A DNA stretch of 63,730 nucleotides, filler included, from Octopus bimaculoides (lineage: Eukaryota), in the NCBI RefSeq assembly GCF_001194135.2. It is 7 parts of 7 records of this genome, joined end to end, with 100 filler letters (N's around TTAATTAATTAA, not from the genome) between each part and the next. Parts side by side here need not be neighbours in the genome. Positions count along the whole stretch, not along the records: positions 24,481 to 52,693 come from NC_068990.1; 6 more parts are not named here. One strand, written 5' to 3'. Shown in pieces: positions 26,848-40,384 of this stretch. A program made the translations under genes and the position numbers. The first letter of the stretch is position 1. Each line of letters opens with the position of its first letter. Below the pieces are notes generated by a model, which ran no database searches, was not told where the DNA came from, and worked only from the letters and a program-made list of their open reading frames with translations.

Positions 26848-27127
26848 GAGTGGTTCTCAACCATCTTTTAGCCACAGGCCCCTTTGATTACTATTTTACT
26901 CGGATAGACCCTCATAGCCAATCGATGTTTAGAAAATCCTATTATATTTTTTATGATTAAATATGATTAGAAATTATATTTGAAAAAATGTTAAAATATT
27001 CTGTGTATCGTAGAAGTATAATAAACTTATTGTACATAAATTTTTACATATATTATAGGCCCTCCACCCCAAAAGCCATATGGACCCCGCCCCTAAGGGC
27101 CATATGGACCCCGTTTGCGAACTACTG
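26848..27127. mobile_element. hAT-like MITE
   Basis: Imperfect TIRs gagtggttctcaacc / gtttgcgaactactg; internal repeat gccatatggacccc twice; TSD not conserved. Confidence 0.55.
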
Positions 27128-27596
27128 GTCTAGAATCAATACGAATTGCTTTTAATATATTCAATATCACAGTTCGTGACCCGGTTACGGGGCATGTTAT
27201 CCAATCAGGTTTTCTCAAAAACACAGGTAAAATGTACGATAATGGAGAAGTAGTAATCGTTATATGGGGGCAGAGTAAACCATTTGAGAGGTACAACTAG
27301 AATAACGCCTCTATTTCCGCTCTCAGTAAGCGGCATCATAACCAGTCACACACGCACGCACGCACACACACGCACGCACGCACACACACGCACGCGCGCA
27401 CACGTACACACAAAAATTAAAACACTTACGAACTAATGAAAAAGGTTTCTATGCGTCGCTCGATCTACTGTAATCAGCAATCAAATACCCCTTAAAACTA
27501 CCCTACCATCAAAAAAGCAGGGACAAGTTGGATAATATTGTAATAATTTTTGATTATAAACCTACTCGACCAGAGCTAATCTCAGTGAAAACAAGA

Positions 27597-27661
<65 letters not shown>

Positions 27662-27744
27662 CACTGTACCAGTTATGAGCTACTAAGGAAGCCGCTACAT
27701 TTTTGTTCTATCTGTTAAAATAGCAGGCAATTCTTCCTCAAGTT

Positions 27745-28350
27745 ATAGGCGCAGGAGAGGCTATGTGGTAAGTAGCTTGCTTACCAACCACATGGTTCCG
27801 GGTTCAGTCCCACTGCGTGGCACCTTGGGCAAGTGTCTTCTACTAAAGCTTCGAGCCGACCAAAGCCTTGTTAGTGGATTTGGTAGACGGAAACTGAAAG
27901 AAGCCCGTCGTATATATGTATATATATATATATATATACATATNNNNNNNNNNNNNNNNNNNNNNNNNNNNNNNNNNNNNNNNNNNNNNNNNNNNNNNNN
28001 NNNNNNNNNNNNNNNNNNNNNNNNNNNNNNNNNNNNNNNNNNNNNNNNNNNNNNNNNNNNNNNNNNNNNNNNNNNNNNNNNNNNNNNNNNNNNNNNNNNN
28101 NNNNNNNNNNNNNNNNNNNNNNNNNNNNNNNNNNNNNNNNNNNNNNNNNNNNNNNNNNNCCCCCACCATCGCTTGACAACCGATGCTGGTGTGTTTACGT
28201 CCCCGTAACTTAGCGGTTCGGCAAAAATAGACCGATAGAATAAGTACTAGGCTTACAAAGAATAAGTCCTGGGGTCGAATTTCTCGACTAAAGGCGGTGC
28301 TCCAGCATGACCGCAGTCAAATGACTGAAACAAGTAAAAGAGTAAAAGAG
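27745..28350 (+). mobile_element. SINE family A, near consensus, central microsatellite collapsed into gap
   Basis: Both head and tail are intact around the N-run. Confidence 0.9.
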
Positions 28351-29146
28351 TACTATCTTAAAATGGGAGATACATACTGGACTATGGTGGTCGAAGAAAA
28401 TAAGATGAAAAGGCCATAGCTGGAACGTCTTTTGATCATATCTCTGCCAGCTCGATCAAAACAATCACGACCATGGCTGTCTACGATTTCTTTTTCAGAG
28501 TGAGAAATTTTTTGTTCTTCATGTAAAAATATATAAAGTATGCCACGACAGGATTTGAAATCAGAAACACCGATGTATCAAAGTAGACAACGGATGCTGT
28601 TGAGGGGTGGGGGTGAAAGTGAAGGAGGGTCATTTGGTCAGTCTTCTACTCGCCCTCGCACAAAAGATGCAACCTTGTCTGTCACTATTGGTTACTGTTT
28701 AAAGATGTAAGATGATATATCCTAAAGTATCAGTGGATGAAACCTTTGATAACGACTTTGATCTTTGGACTTGATTTTCCGATTAATCTTTCAATTATCA
28801 TTGCTGACGTGAGACCAAATATGTTGTTGTCAATCAGTTAACCCTTTCATCTCTTAATTAACGAAGATGTTATCTTAAATTGCTGTTTCGCCTTTTGACC
28901 AAATATACAAATATTAAACACAATAGATTGTTTGTCAGATATTCATTATATTTATTAATGTTTTCAAAAATGTAACATTAGTTATATTTTTCAAATAAAA
29001 TTTCCGCATACATATATTTTTTGAGATGCCTTTGATAAGATTTTTCGTCTGGATTGAAATCTGTTTGTATTCAGTATAATTTATCTGCCTTTTACTCCAA
29101 AATTCCCACCTAACACTGAAACACAGAGAAAAAATATACCGAAGAA

Positions 29147-29209
<63 letters not shown>

Positions 29210-29299
29210 TACTGAATGTTTCTTAGTTTTATTTTTGATCATTTTTTTAGTGCGATTAAAAAATTGGCATTCTAAGCCGAAAATTACATGTGTGACTGA

Positions 29300-29810
29300 C
29301 GCAACGACATGCGATACTTGGTTGCTTCACTTTGCAATCTGATTTTAAAACCTGTCTCATTTTACTTGAGACACGACTACGTTTGGCAGGACACGTTGAC
29401 AGGATGAAAGACCACCGCCTACCCAAGATCATCATGTACGGAGAGCTCACCATTGGCCACCACAATAGGGGGCACCAAAGAAGCGTTACAAGGACTGCCT
29501 GAATCAGTCCTTTAGCGTTTCTGACATTGATTATCGTGAGTGGTCCTCTCTAAAAGCTGACCGTGTTGTTTGGCGCCATACCATCAGCGATGTTGTTTCC
29601 TCCTTCGAGATCTCTCGCAGTGCCTCTCTTGAAGACAAACGTCAGAGGTGAAAAAATAATGCAGCTACATCATCAGACCCTGGACAACCATACCTCTGTC
29701 ATCATTGCAAATGGATATGTCGATGCCACATCGGCCTTATCAGCCACGAACGAGTGTACAGACGACATGGACAACAGACTTCTTAATCTTCGTCAGCGAA
29801 GCCAGGTCAA
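29300..29810 (+). mobile_element. RTE (BovB-like) LINE 3' end
   Basis: RLRLAGHVDRMKDHRLPKIIMYGEL...PKKRYKDCL...CHHCKWICRCHIGLISHER. Confidence 0.9.
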
Positions 29811-29859
29811 AATATAAAGTGAACTTTTCGTTCAATTGGAACTTATTAATTCTTTTTAG

Positions 29860-30410
29860 GTTTGGCACAAGGCCGCCGGTTTTAAAGGAAGGAGGTAAGT
29901 ACATCGATCTCAGTACTTTATTTTATCGACCTCGCAGGGATGAGAAGCAAAGTTACTCCTGACAGCATTTGAAATACTGGAGAAATACTGCTAGGCATTT
30001 AATCGAACGCATTGACGATTCTATCAGCTTTCCACCTTCAAAAACTCAATAATCATTTCTACTACAGGCTCAAGGAATGAAAACTTGAGAGTGGAGGCTA
30101 GTCGATGACATCGACCTCAGTACTCAAATGGTACTTATTTCATTGACCCCAAAAGGATGAAAGACAAAATCGACCTCGGCGGAGTTTGAACTTAAAGCAT
30201 AAAGTCGGAAGAAAAGCCACTAAGCACGTCGTTCGACGCGCTGACAATTCAGCCAGCCCACTGCTTTTCTGGAACTGAATGATAAAATTAAAATTATTAG
30301 TCAGGTGTTATAATCTTTTAAATTAGCTTCACCCTTCAAATCAAAATTATTACCACACTGGACAACATTTTTGTTCACCGTACTGACGATTCTGCCAGCT
30401 TTCCGCTTTG
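29860..30410 (-). mobile_element. Stack of two to three SINE family B copies in the same orientation
   Basis: Repeated ggcacaaggc...atcgacctcagtact...gaaaggatgaaag...aattcagccagc. Confidence 0.7.
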
Positions 30411-31135
30411 AAGCCCTGGACGTAACATATTCTAATCCAATTTTACTCCACTAGAAATCCAACATCATGTAACAAACAAGAATTAATCAAATATGAAAAA
30501 AAAAGATTAGATATACGTGATTCGAGTTGTATACAGGATTCGCTTTCCACCTTTAATATTGTGGCTACATGTTCTGCTAGAAGTAGTCGCTAAGTCTCTT
30601 GCGAATAGCCTTATCTTGTATCTTTTAAAAGAGAAAGTTCCATGATAGATCAACGAATGTGTTGCACGTCGATCTATTGGAAATAACAGCCAAAAATCAC
30701 TAAAAAAAGATGTTGCACGAATGGTTTTAAAAACAAAGGAAACATTGCGTACAATATACGTGTATATGCCATGTGAATGAAAGACAGAATGATTTGAATA
30801 AATAAAAGCAGAACAGTTTGAACTACTATGTCAGTTGTACTGGAGCTAATACACTTGCTGAAAATGCCAGGCAGTGGGGCTGGACTCGGAATCCGTGTGG
30901 TTGGGTAGTTAACTTACTACATAGCCACGCTTGCACCTATATATTTGATGTCGAGAGAATCACATGAAATTGCGTAGCCTAGCCTCATCAATTATTTCGA
31001 CGAGATAAAACTGACAGAAAACAACAATAACAAAAATGGTGTTAAAAATATCAACAATCTTACTGCAAATACTTTCGGGCAAACGTGAAGCTTTTCGTAT
31101 GCGTAATACGATCAGTTGTAGTTGGCCTTAGCGCG

Positions 31136-31232
31136 AGGAACTGGAGCAACTAAGCGGAGCACCTCGGCAAGACGACCTGGAGCATCTAAGAGACGAACTA
31201 AGAGCTTCTAAGAGACGAAGTGGAGCATCTAA
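31136..31232 (+). repeat. Degenerate 21-bp tandem repeat encoding a heptad (DELEHLR-like), probably a LINE ORF1 or gag coiled-coil relic
   Basis: gacgacctggagcatctaaga / gacgaactaagagcttctaaga / gacgaagtggagcatctaagt. Confidence 0.45.
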
Positions 31233-33240
31233 GTACAAGAAATAGCAACCAAGTCGTCCTCAAACAAAATTCTGCAGTTTTAAGTGAAAGACGGAGACAC
31301 GATGATAGTTAAAATTTGAAAACTAGGTGGGGTGAATATTGCAGTAGCGCTTTTTATGACAGGACAGTTCGATCGTAGTAGATCTGTAGTTAATAGCCAG
31401 TAACCACCGCCATCACTGCCACCACCACCGCCATCACTACCTCTACCACCGCCATCACTACCTCTACCAGCGCCAAATATCTATGCATGAAGACACAAAT
31501 GACATTTGATTTTAAAAAATCAAAGCACAGACTGTTACACACTTTCGATTCTTTTTTAAACATTATTTACATTTACATCCACCAACGACATTTAGTCTTA
31601 ACAAACCCATATGATTTCTGCTAATATCGAGAATAAATTTTATTATTTTTGCTTTATTTTTAATGGTTCTCAGCAGCTTGGAACAAAATATTGTTTTCTG
31701 TTAATTTTCCGTTTTTTTTTTTTTTTATCTTCTATCAATAATATTGACATTGTTAAAAAAATATTATTTGTTTTATTTCTCATTCGACTAGCTTAATATC
31801 AAATTTGAGATTTGTTTTTTGTTTGAATATTGTATCGGGTTTTGGTCTTTTTTTTTTTTTTTGAAACAATGTTATAATTTTCATATAATTATTATTGTCC
31901 TCGTTCCACTTAAACCAGACGAAGTTTAAACAACCTGAACTCATATTTCTAACAATATGTATTGATTTTACTCGAACAGTGCAAGTCAAAATATCTTGCG
32001 GTATTTAGATACGCCTATTTAAATTCGGTTTTCAGATCTCTCCAAGGTCAGTGTTACTTTTCAATCTCCCTCGTGCAATAAAATATGTAGCAGTCACATA
32101 CTGAGGCCGATTTAATCGACAAATGGAGAAATCATTATCTAAACATCATTCGCAGAAAATAAGAGCGATCGATGACAATGCATAAAGTAGAGCAGTTGTG
32201 TTGAGTTACATACTGATGGTAAACCTCACTCTAGTAGAATATAGGTTAAAGGAATTAGTTTCAGCGTGGTTTTAAACTGGATTTCTGTTCAATTCCACTG
32301 TGGCATAAAAATGATCTCACACATAAATGACTGTAACTCTTGGTTGCAAAATGGGAAGATTAAAATTTCAAAGTTAAAGTTTCGTGGTTAAAATGTATAC
32401 TGACGGGATCTAATCTTAAAAATAAAGGGACATAGCCTAATTAATGCAGCAAGGAAATTATTCCAGTACTCTACTTAATCCAGTAATTTGCAGAGTTAAA
32501 TATTAGTTGTGTTTATTGACTAGGCACAGGGATGTTAACATCATGGAAAAGAAATATTTTTCTTAGCTCAAATTTCTTTAATTTTTATAAATTTCCTAGG
32601 ACACAAATGTGTTTTGCTCTTTTTTGCACATTCCTATGCCCTTTCGCTGCTGGAGATAGGTTAGATTACTTGTGATGGTGACGTCTATTGAGGCAGAAGA
32701 ACGAGTCCACGGCAGTCCGCTTACTTCTGGAGAATAAGCCTGTCCTTTCCCTTAATAGCACGTGAACTTAGAAGAATTCAGGATTTTTTAGATTACCTCT
32801 CCCTCTCATATGAATCTAAGCTCATTTGCCATTTGGCAACTGTGACACGTTCTCTTGAAGTGTAGATACTGTTGATAAATCAAGAACTTATGTTGTATGG
32901 TATTTGATGTTCCTGTATTTCTGTGCGTGTATAAATATATATTTGGGAAAATTTAGCCAATCCGTAGATAACTAGGCATTAACAGTTTATCATGACAACC
33001 GCACGTTGTATTGTGTTGGTTCTTCATACCACGAGATTCACTTCATCTGCGGGTTTTGTTTTAATAGAAATTTATATTTATCAATTAGAATTTTATTGTT
33101 GATATTTTTCAAGTGTCTTAATATTTTGCATATTTTTCATATATATTTTTCATATATATTTTACATATATTTCGTGAAGTTTTTCTGTTTACTTTTTTTG
33201 TTTTGTTTTGTTTTTGTTTTTGGTTTTATCCTCATTCAAG

Positions 33241-33436
33241 CCATTTAATTGTGCCACTCTGAAAGAGGGTTTGAAAACAGAGGAGGATGCAGTAAAATAT
33301 TTGCAAAGAAAAAAGGGTTTTATCCCAAAAAACGAGGTGCAGTAAATCTAGGCACAACATAAGTAAGAAAGTGGTTCGTGGGAATTTGCATTGGGGGTAC
33401 ACTCGCAATGGTTGCAACAAATACCTGTCGGTTTAA
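33241..33436 (+). mobile_element. Merlin (IS1016/ISXO2-related) transposase N-terminal relic
   Basis: With two frameshifts reads TEEDAVKYLQ.KGFIPKTRCSKSRHN...LHWGYTRNGCNKYLSV, matching the EE.AV.FLQ.KG...C..H...W.C...C...S pattern. Confidence 0.55.
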
Positions 33437-33689
33437 ACACAGATCGGGCCAGAATGAGCCATTCTGTATTTTTATTGAAAATGTAGGACAACATTATTTA
33501 ATATATCCTTCATTTTTAAAACGTTAGAGCATAGTGTGAGAGAGATTTGGCTGTTATTTCTAGAAAATTCAACATCCACACAGAGATTACCTCATTGACT
33601 CATTTGCTGATGTGTATAAGTAAGCAAAAACTAAAGGAAATGGATCTTCATCTATTTCTTGTATGGCCATTTCAGTTGCGTAATTAACT

Positions 33690-33830
33690 AAGCAGGTTAC
33701 ACATTCAACTGGTACTTATTTTATCGAGCCTCAGAGGATGAAGGGTAAAGTCAACCTAGGTGGAATTTGAACACAGAATGTAAAGCATTTGTCCAGTGTG
33801 CCAATGATTCTGTCTGCTTGTAGTCTTATG
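33690..33830 (-). mobile_element. SINE family B
   Basis: ctggtacttattttatcgag...ggatgaagggtaaagtcaacc...ggaatttgaac. Confidence 0.7.
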
Positions 33831-34542
33831 GTTACACATTGCATTAACATATTACTGGCTGAATATACTACAACACACATCACATGTACATTTATATTAA
33901 TGATGTACACAAATACTACACAGGTATACATAATACTGAAAATACGCATTAAGTAAATACATGCAGACAAATATATTAATATAGCAAATTTTAAAAAAAT
34001 AATAAAAACATACAAACACTATACAGATCAATGAAGAGCCTAATGAAACAATGAAATGATAGGAAGAGACAAGAGAAACAGTAAGATGATACATGTTCAC
34101 GTTATTACGTAACGGGTCATTTCACAGACGCGCTAAACTATAAATTTCACTGGGTACAACCTTAAAGTTGATACCGCTACAAGGCAGAACATTTCTGTCT
34201 CACTATTTTTTTTTTTTTAAACGTCTGTAACTTTTTAGTCAAATTTTTTCTCAACACGATCATGGCTTCACAGGAATAAGAGTAGAAAACTGCTTCAATA
34301 TAAACGATTTTCAGATTTATTTACTTACTTTAAAAAAAAATGCAGATTCTGTGAATGAATTTAATTCGATCCATTCCATCCAAGGATTATTGTTACTATT
34401 ATTATATTTATCCTACATTATATTAGTACAGCTTGATGCAACCCTGAAAAGTAGTTCACTAGTCAGCATCATTAGACTGTGGCCAGTACAGGAGATTTAT
34501 TTGCATATTCAAAACGTTTCCAACAAACATATTTAAAAGGTG

Positions 34543-34591
<49 letters not shown>

Positions 34592-35047
34592 TGGGAAATG
34601 TGCACTAGAATATATGCGTAAATATGTTTGTTTATTTTTCGTGTGTACATGTATGATTGAGAGAAAGGTATGTGTTTATCTATGTGTGTATGATAGTGGG
34701 AATACTTGTATAGAACTATATTTGTATAGTTTTAAAGAAAAATATCACACTGAACCACAACTTAGAATAACTGACGGTAGGAATAAGAATAATAATAATT
34801 TCAGCTCCATCAAACCATTATTTAACTTAGAGATTATCTCCCCATCGTGAAAACTTAATCAAAATATCCTTCCCACTAGGAAGTTTTTGTAAAATCATTA
34901 TGAAAATGTCATATTCCACAATACTCATTTTGTGTCCCAAATCATAGCTTCATCCAGTTTTGCATAATCAAACTATCACCGACTCTATATCCAACAAGTG
35001 CAAATGCAAAGTCTCCGATAATTCTTCCTGGAATTGAGGCTGCTTAC

Positions 35048-35146
35048 GAATGGTATTGTGCATTAACGGACCGCCCCCTACCGCCAACTGAACTGAAGCA
35101 CCATACACATTCTTTTCGTAATCAATCGTTCTCTTTCAAATTATAT
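35048..35146 (-). other. Candidate spliced 99-nt exon, probably 5' UTR (possible start MHNTI at its 3' end)
   Basis: Strong acceptor ttttttaaatttcag and donor GTAAGC. All three frames are closed near the 5' end, so it is not a full coding exon. Confidence 0.35.
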
Positions 35147-36059
35147 CTGAAATTTAAAAAAATGACTTAAACTTCACTTCATGTGAAATTTAAGTCAAAT
35201 TTTGGAAAAAATATGGCTATGATACTTTCGAGCCGCTAGAGCTTTTAAGTAGTTTCCTAATTTTAAAAGAAACTTTGGAAAAATAGTCATCTGCTTGCAG
35301 AGAATTTCTAAATCATTTGATGTTTATTCATCGAATTTATATCCAAATAAGTAACCATACCAATCCGATGAATTTGGATCAGTACTGATATTAACTATTT
35401 CAAAGTATATAACTGGTCGACATATACCGTACATGAACATAAATTTTAATATGATACCATTTCATCAACCTTTTATTAAATAACTCATGTTATCCATAAG
35501 TACATCACTAGCTTATGTACATCCCACGTAAATATTCCACTGAATCCAACGCTACACTATTAAGACAAAATTTAATCATCTACTTCATTAATATATTCAT
35601 ACTTTGCTTCATTTATATTCTACACGTTCATGGGGGCATATCTGATTCGGTATTGTGTAAATTTGTTTGCTTTTCTATTACACTAATACTACTTTCTTTA
35701 GACACAAAAAGCATATACAAATTTAACTTTTAACTTTAAACAGAAGCTGATTCGAGTGTAGAGACAGAGGGTAATTTAGACCCTTCACAGAGAAAAAGAA
35801 ACAGTTGATAAGTACTGAAATGGTTAGTCTTCACTACTTTATCATTTTATCACCCCTAAATACTTAATTTTTTCTACCTTATTATCTGATCATGAAGATA
35901 GAATTGTTATTTATAGTGAACCTGACACTTCTTTTGTCAGTTTCTTTGTTTTTGTATTTTGTATTTTGATTATAAGTGTTCTCTTGTCTGTCACTGTGTC
36001 ACTGTATCTACAGGTTGTTTTGTCTGTAAACTGCTGAAAATTACACATCACTTTGGACA

Positions 36060-36225
36060 TGAACTATCACACTGAGTGAAATGACGAGAGTATCAAAGGA
36101 AAGACTTTATAAACAATCACCTGAAGAAAGGCATTTTACACCTTGAATGGTTGATAATGATTACACAACATCGCACCAAATGTAAAAATGTGTAGTCACC
36201 ATTTTAAATAAAGTCCATGTTCTAT
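36060..36225 (+). mobile_element. Decayed Penelope-like terminal repeat fragment with degenerate hammerhead motif
   Basis: tataaac...aatcac-CTGAAGA-aagg(cattttaca)cctt-GAAt...ATA-atgatt, followed by aataaa. A15.1 and the 1.1 pair are mutated. Confidence 0.35.
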
Positions 36226-36858
36226 CATGTGTGTACGTGTGAGCTTATGTTGTGTGTGTTTGTGTGTGTTTAAATAAGTCTCTGACTCTCCACTTATTCA
36301 TTTGAATGTATCTGAACGTATGTTTCATAGATGTTTTGCAATATATTCTTTTAAATAAATCGTGTGATACTTTATGATATACATATTTGTGCGACGAATA
36401 TTTATATTTCTTTTTCTGGATTTTTCTGTGTTTTTAGCATCTGTATTATTTTATAAATGGAAATTCTTTATGACTACTTATGATTTAGTATACTTATGTT
36501 TTTTATTTACGTCTATTCACAGATACATGAATATATTCATTCACAGCTACATAAATATGTCACATCAAGACATATGCAGTCACACTATATTAACATACTT
36601 TTCTTAATCACTTAATTTTCTATTTAACACGTATATATCTTAGTATTTATGTGTTACGTCTTATTTACTTTTTATCTCTTATTTATCCATCACTCATTAT
36701 TTTGATCTTTTACGTTTGTAACTCCATTTTTATCACACATCCTTCTTCTGTCCCCCACCCACTGCAATATAAAGACACCTTTTATCCTTTAATATAATTA
36801 AGATAATTCATTCGTTCACTAGCACTTATATATATGTGCGTGTGTGTGTGTGTGTGTG

Positions 36859-36955
<97 letters not shown>

Positions 36956-36959
36956 TTTT

Positions 36960-37228
36960 TTTTTTCAATCATTAGACTACTGCCATGCTAGAGCACCGTC
37001 TTGGCTTTGTTAGCCGAAGGAATCGACCCCAGTACTTTTGACTTTTATAAGTTCAGTACTTATTCTACCATCTCTTTTGCCGAAACGCTATTTTATGAGG
37101 ACGTAAACTGACAAACATCGGTTGTGGAGCGGTGATGAGGGACAAGCACAGAAACAAAGACATACACAGGTAGACACACACGCGCATATACACGACAGGC
37201 TTCTTTCAGTTTCCGTCTACCAAATTCC
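36960..37228 (-). mobile_element. SINE family A, truncated at the mariner junction
   Basis: Tail and central part present; head missing where the mariner fragment begins. Confidence 0.7.
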
Positions 37229-37239
37229 TTCACAATCCC

Positions 37240-37924
37240 TTCCCAAGTTACCACGCAGAATTATCACACAGGATGAGACATGGGTCCATCACTGTGATCC
37301 AGAGATTAAAGTCCAGTGGAAGCAATGGAAGTATGATAACTCACCACCTCCAAAGAAGGCATGTATCCAACCCTCTGCAGGCAAGGTGGTGCTCACAGTC
37401 CTTTGAGAACAGCGTGGACTAGTGATGATGGATTTTCTAGCAAAGAGAACCATAATTAACAGGTCATATTATGTTTTTCTACTGTAGAAATTGCGGTAAA
37501 CCATCGAAGCAGAGAGGCATAGCATGCTGACCAAAGGATTCCGCCTCCTCCAAGACAACACCCCAGTTGACAATGCCCATGTTGCCCTCCCAGATGAAAG
37601 TACACTCCTGCGAATCTGAAATCCTTCCTCATCCCCCTTACTCCCCCGAATTTTCCCCATCTGACTGCCACCTTTTTCCAACCATGAAATCTTATTGAAT
37701 GGGAAGCACTTTTTGGATGATGATGAGCTCATTTTTTAGGCAAGGTCTTGGCCACAAACTCAACCTACCGATCTACAGACGAAGCCTTCATAGCTGCATA
37801 AAGCAATGGGAGAAGTGTGTCACCATTGGTGGTGGCTAAGTCCGACTTATAATTAAGCCAAGTTTCGTTTATCCCAGCTCTTGGGAAGTGGGTCAGGCGA
37901 AGTCGCTAACGAACACCCCTTGTA
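37240..37924 (+). pseudogene. Mariner (DD34D) transposase 3' half with right TIR
   Basis: RIITQDETWVHH...SAGKVVLTV...LLQDNTP...HPPYSPEFSPSDCHLF; ends gaacaccccttgTA; multiple stops and frameshifts. Confidence 0.9.
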
Positions 37925-39249
37925 AATGCAATGGCTGACTATGATTTCTTGCTTACATCATCTTGCTCCCTACACTCTACCATGCGTTGCTGCAGCCGTC
38001 TTCCTCTCTGTTGAATGTTAATGTTTCTTCCTCAGAGTCTGCCCGATCCAGTCTTCGTACGCGTAGGTAGGCAATTCTTAAATCAACCAAGAGTTACATA
38101 CCCTTTGGATACCCACTTGTGGTTTAATCTATAAGTCGCAGCGGTTTACCAGAATGTGGCCGCCGTTGCATGCAAACAAATACTTTCAACCACATGTAAG
38201 TGCTGGGTGGCAGGTTGAGACCAAAGCGGACGAGCCAGCCCTATGAGTGTTATGTGTTCCCTGCATCAAAGGTGTTATTCCTTCTAAACACACCAGACAT
38301 ACCAGACATCCCATCTCAACTTACATCCTGTGTTAGAATACATCTCTGGTAATTATCTTTCATTTCCTTTTTTATTTTTCTTGGCATCTCGATACTCCCT
38401 TATTTCCTGGAAGTTGTATATTGATCAACCCTAATAAGTGAATTGCTTAACTAAACCCCTTGCAACCATTGAATATATACCACCTTGAACTCAGTCTCTG
38501 AGTTTAATGAAGACACTTCTGAAACCGTAAAACTTTATATTTTGCAAATATAGCAAACACAGCCTTCCATATCTGAAATTTAAATTTCCAATTTTCAAAA
38601 TACTTCTGTAGCTCAGAATATTGCTTTTTGAATTGATGCACCGGACCAAGTAAGAAACAAATTGATTTTAAACTATTAGCATCCTCTACTTCATAATCGA
38701 ATGCTAATTAAATCACAACTATAATTATCGATATTCTTAATTCAAAATTAAATAGTATAAATTAGTCTTTGAATGTTTATATTGAGCATATAAAAACGTC
38801 CCTTAAAAATTACTTTTTGTACGCCCAGACGTTTCTATATACAACGTCAAATAAATAGTCGTGAATTGAATTGATTTAAATAATACCCAAATCTCATTAA
38901 TCGAGATTTTATAAATAACTTTAAACAACATCAATAGACTTAAAAATGTTTTTTTTTTTCCTATCTTACCATACTTTCTTTTCCCTTCCTCTGTTGCCCT
39001 GCTTTCGTTAATCGTCCACTTTCACTTTCACCCGATACACATTGACGATATCTCCCTCTCCTGCATTTATTGATCACAGCGCTCAAGTTGTCCCTCCGCC
39101 AATTTGTCTGTTTATTTGTGTATATATGTGTGTGTGTGTATGTGTGTGTGTATGTGCGTGTGTGGAAAAACAATAACAATTATTTAATTTATAGATATCT
39201 AAAGAACTATAAAATATTTAAATGAAACCCCAGCCGTCCAATATTATTT

Positions 39250-39570
39250 ACAATATATGCGTACACATACACACAAACACATATATATATATACATGTAT
39301 GCATGCATGCATGTATGTATGTATGAATGTATGTATGTATGTATGCATGCATGTATGTATGTATGTATGTATGTATGTATGTATGTATGCATGCATGTAT
39401 GTATGTATGTATGTATGTATGCATGCATGTATGTATATATGTATGTATGTATGTATGCATGCATGCATGTATGTATGTATGTATGCATGCATGTATGCAT
39501 GCATGTATGTATGTATGTATGTATGTATGCATGCATGCATGCACGTATGTATGTATGTATGTATGTATGT
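39250..39570. repeat. Compound (TATG)n/(CATG)n microsatellite
   Basis: Direct reading; explains the MYVC/HTYI ORFs. Confidence 0.95.
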
Positions 39571-40233
39571 ACATGCATCTCTCTACTTATTTATATTCAC
39601 ACACACACACACACTCACATATACACTGACGTGCAAATACTAGAGTGCCAGTAAATGGATTTTCGTGAGATTCAAAGAAGAGTATTCAGTTGTTCAATTA
39701 GCACACAAGTGACTGAGTATTCCACGGGCAGACGTATCCTTAAAGAAGTCTTCAATCAAAATCAGCACGGAACAGCGTGCGTTAAGTTTGTTGCATCTTT
39801 GAATCATATATATAATACCCATCTGATGAGCTTTTACACTGTCTTTATCCAATTTCTTGGGAGGACATGTGGTTTTGGAAAAGGAATCTCGCGAAAATTG
39901 GACCTTAAGACAGCAAAATGCATTTCCTTACACTTCGGCCATGCTGCATCTGTTAGCTTGTCTCCAGGAAAGATCGCGAGGTTTCTTGGAAAATATGGAT
40001 GTAATATGAATGCAGCGTGTTAATGAGATGACTGAGCGCAGCTGTTTTGGTGCTGGCAATTTGGCCCGGTTGACTGGGCATTCAGCCTATTTTGGTGACG
40101 GTACGTTTAGTCATTGGTGATAAACACATACATAGAAGTGGGGTGAGAGACGTTACGCCTACAAAGAAACATAATTTGATGCACACAAACAGACGCACAC
40201 ACACGTAAAAAGGAAAGAAAATATGAGATAGAC

Positions 40234-40296
<63 letters not shown>

Positions 40297-40384
40297 AAGA
40301 TAGAGTGAAAGAGAGAGAAAATGAGAGACACGCTAAAATGCCTGCTGTCATATAATACATCAATGAATGAACGACGCCAAGACA

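Noticed and set aside
32700-32875. Several possible exons on both strands (e.g. minus IYTSRERVTVAKWQMSLDSYERE)
   Set aside because: Mutually incompatible frames and donors; could not choose one from sequence alone.
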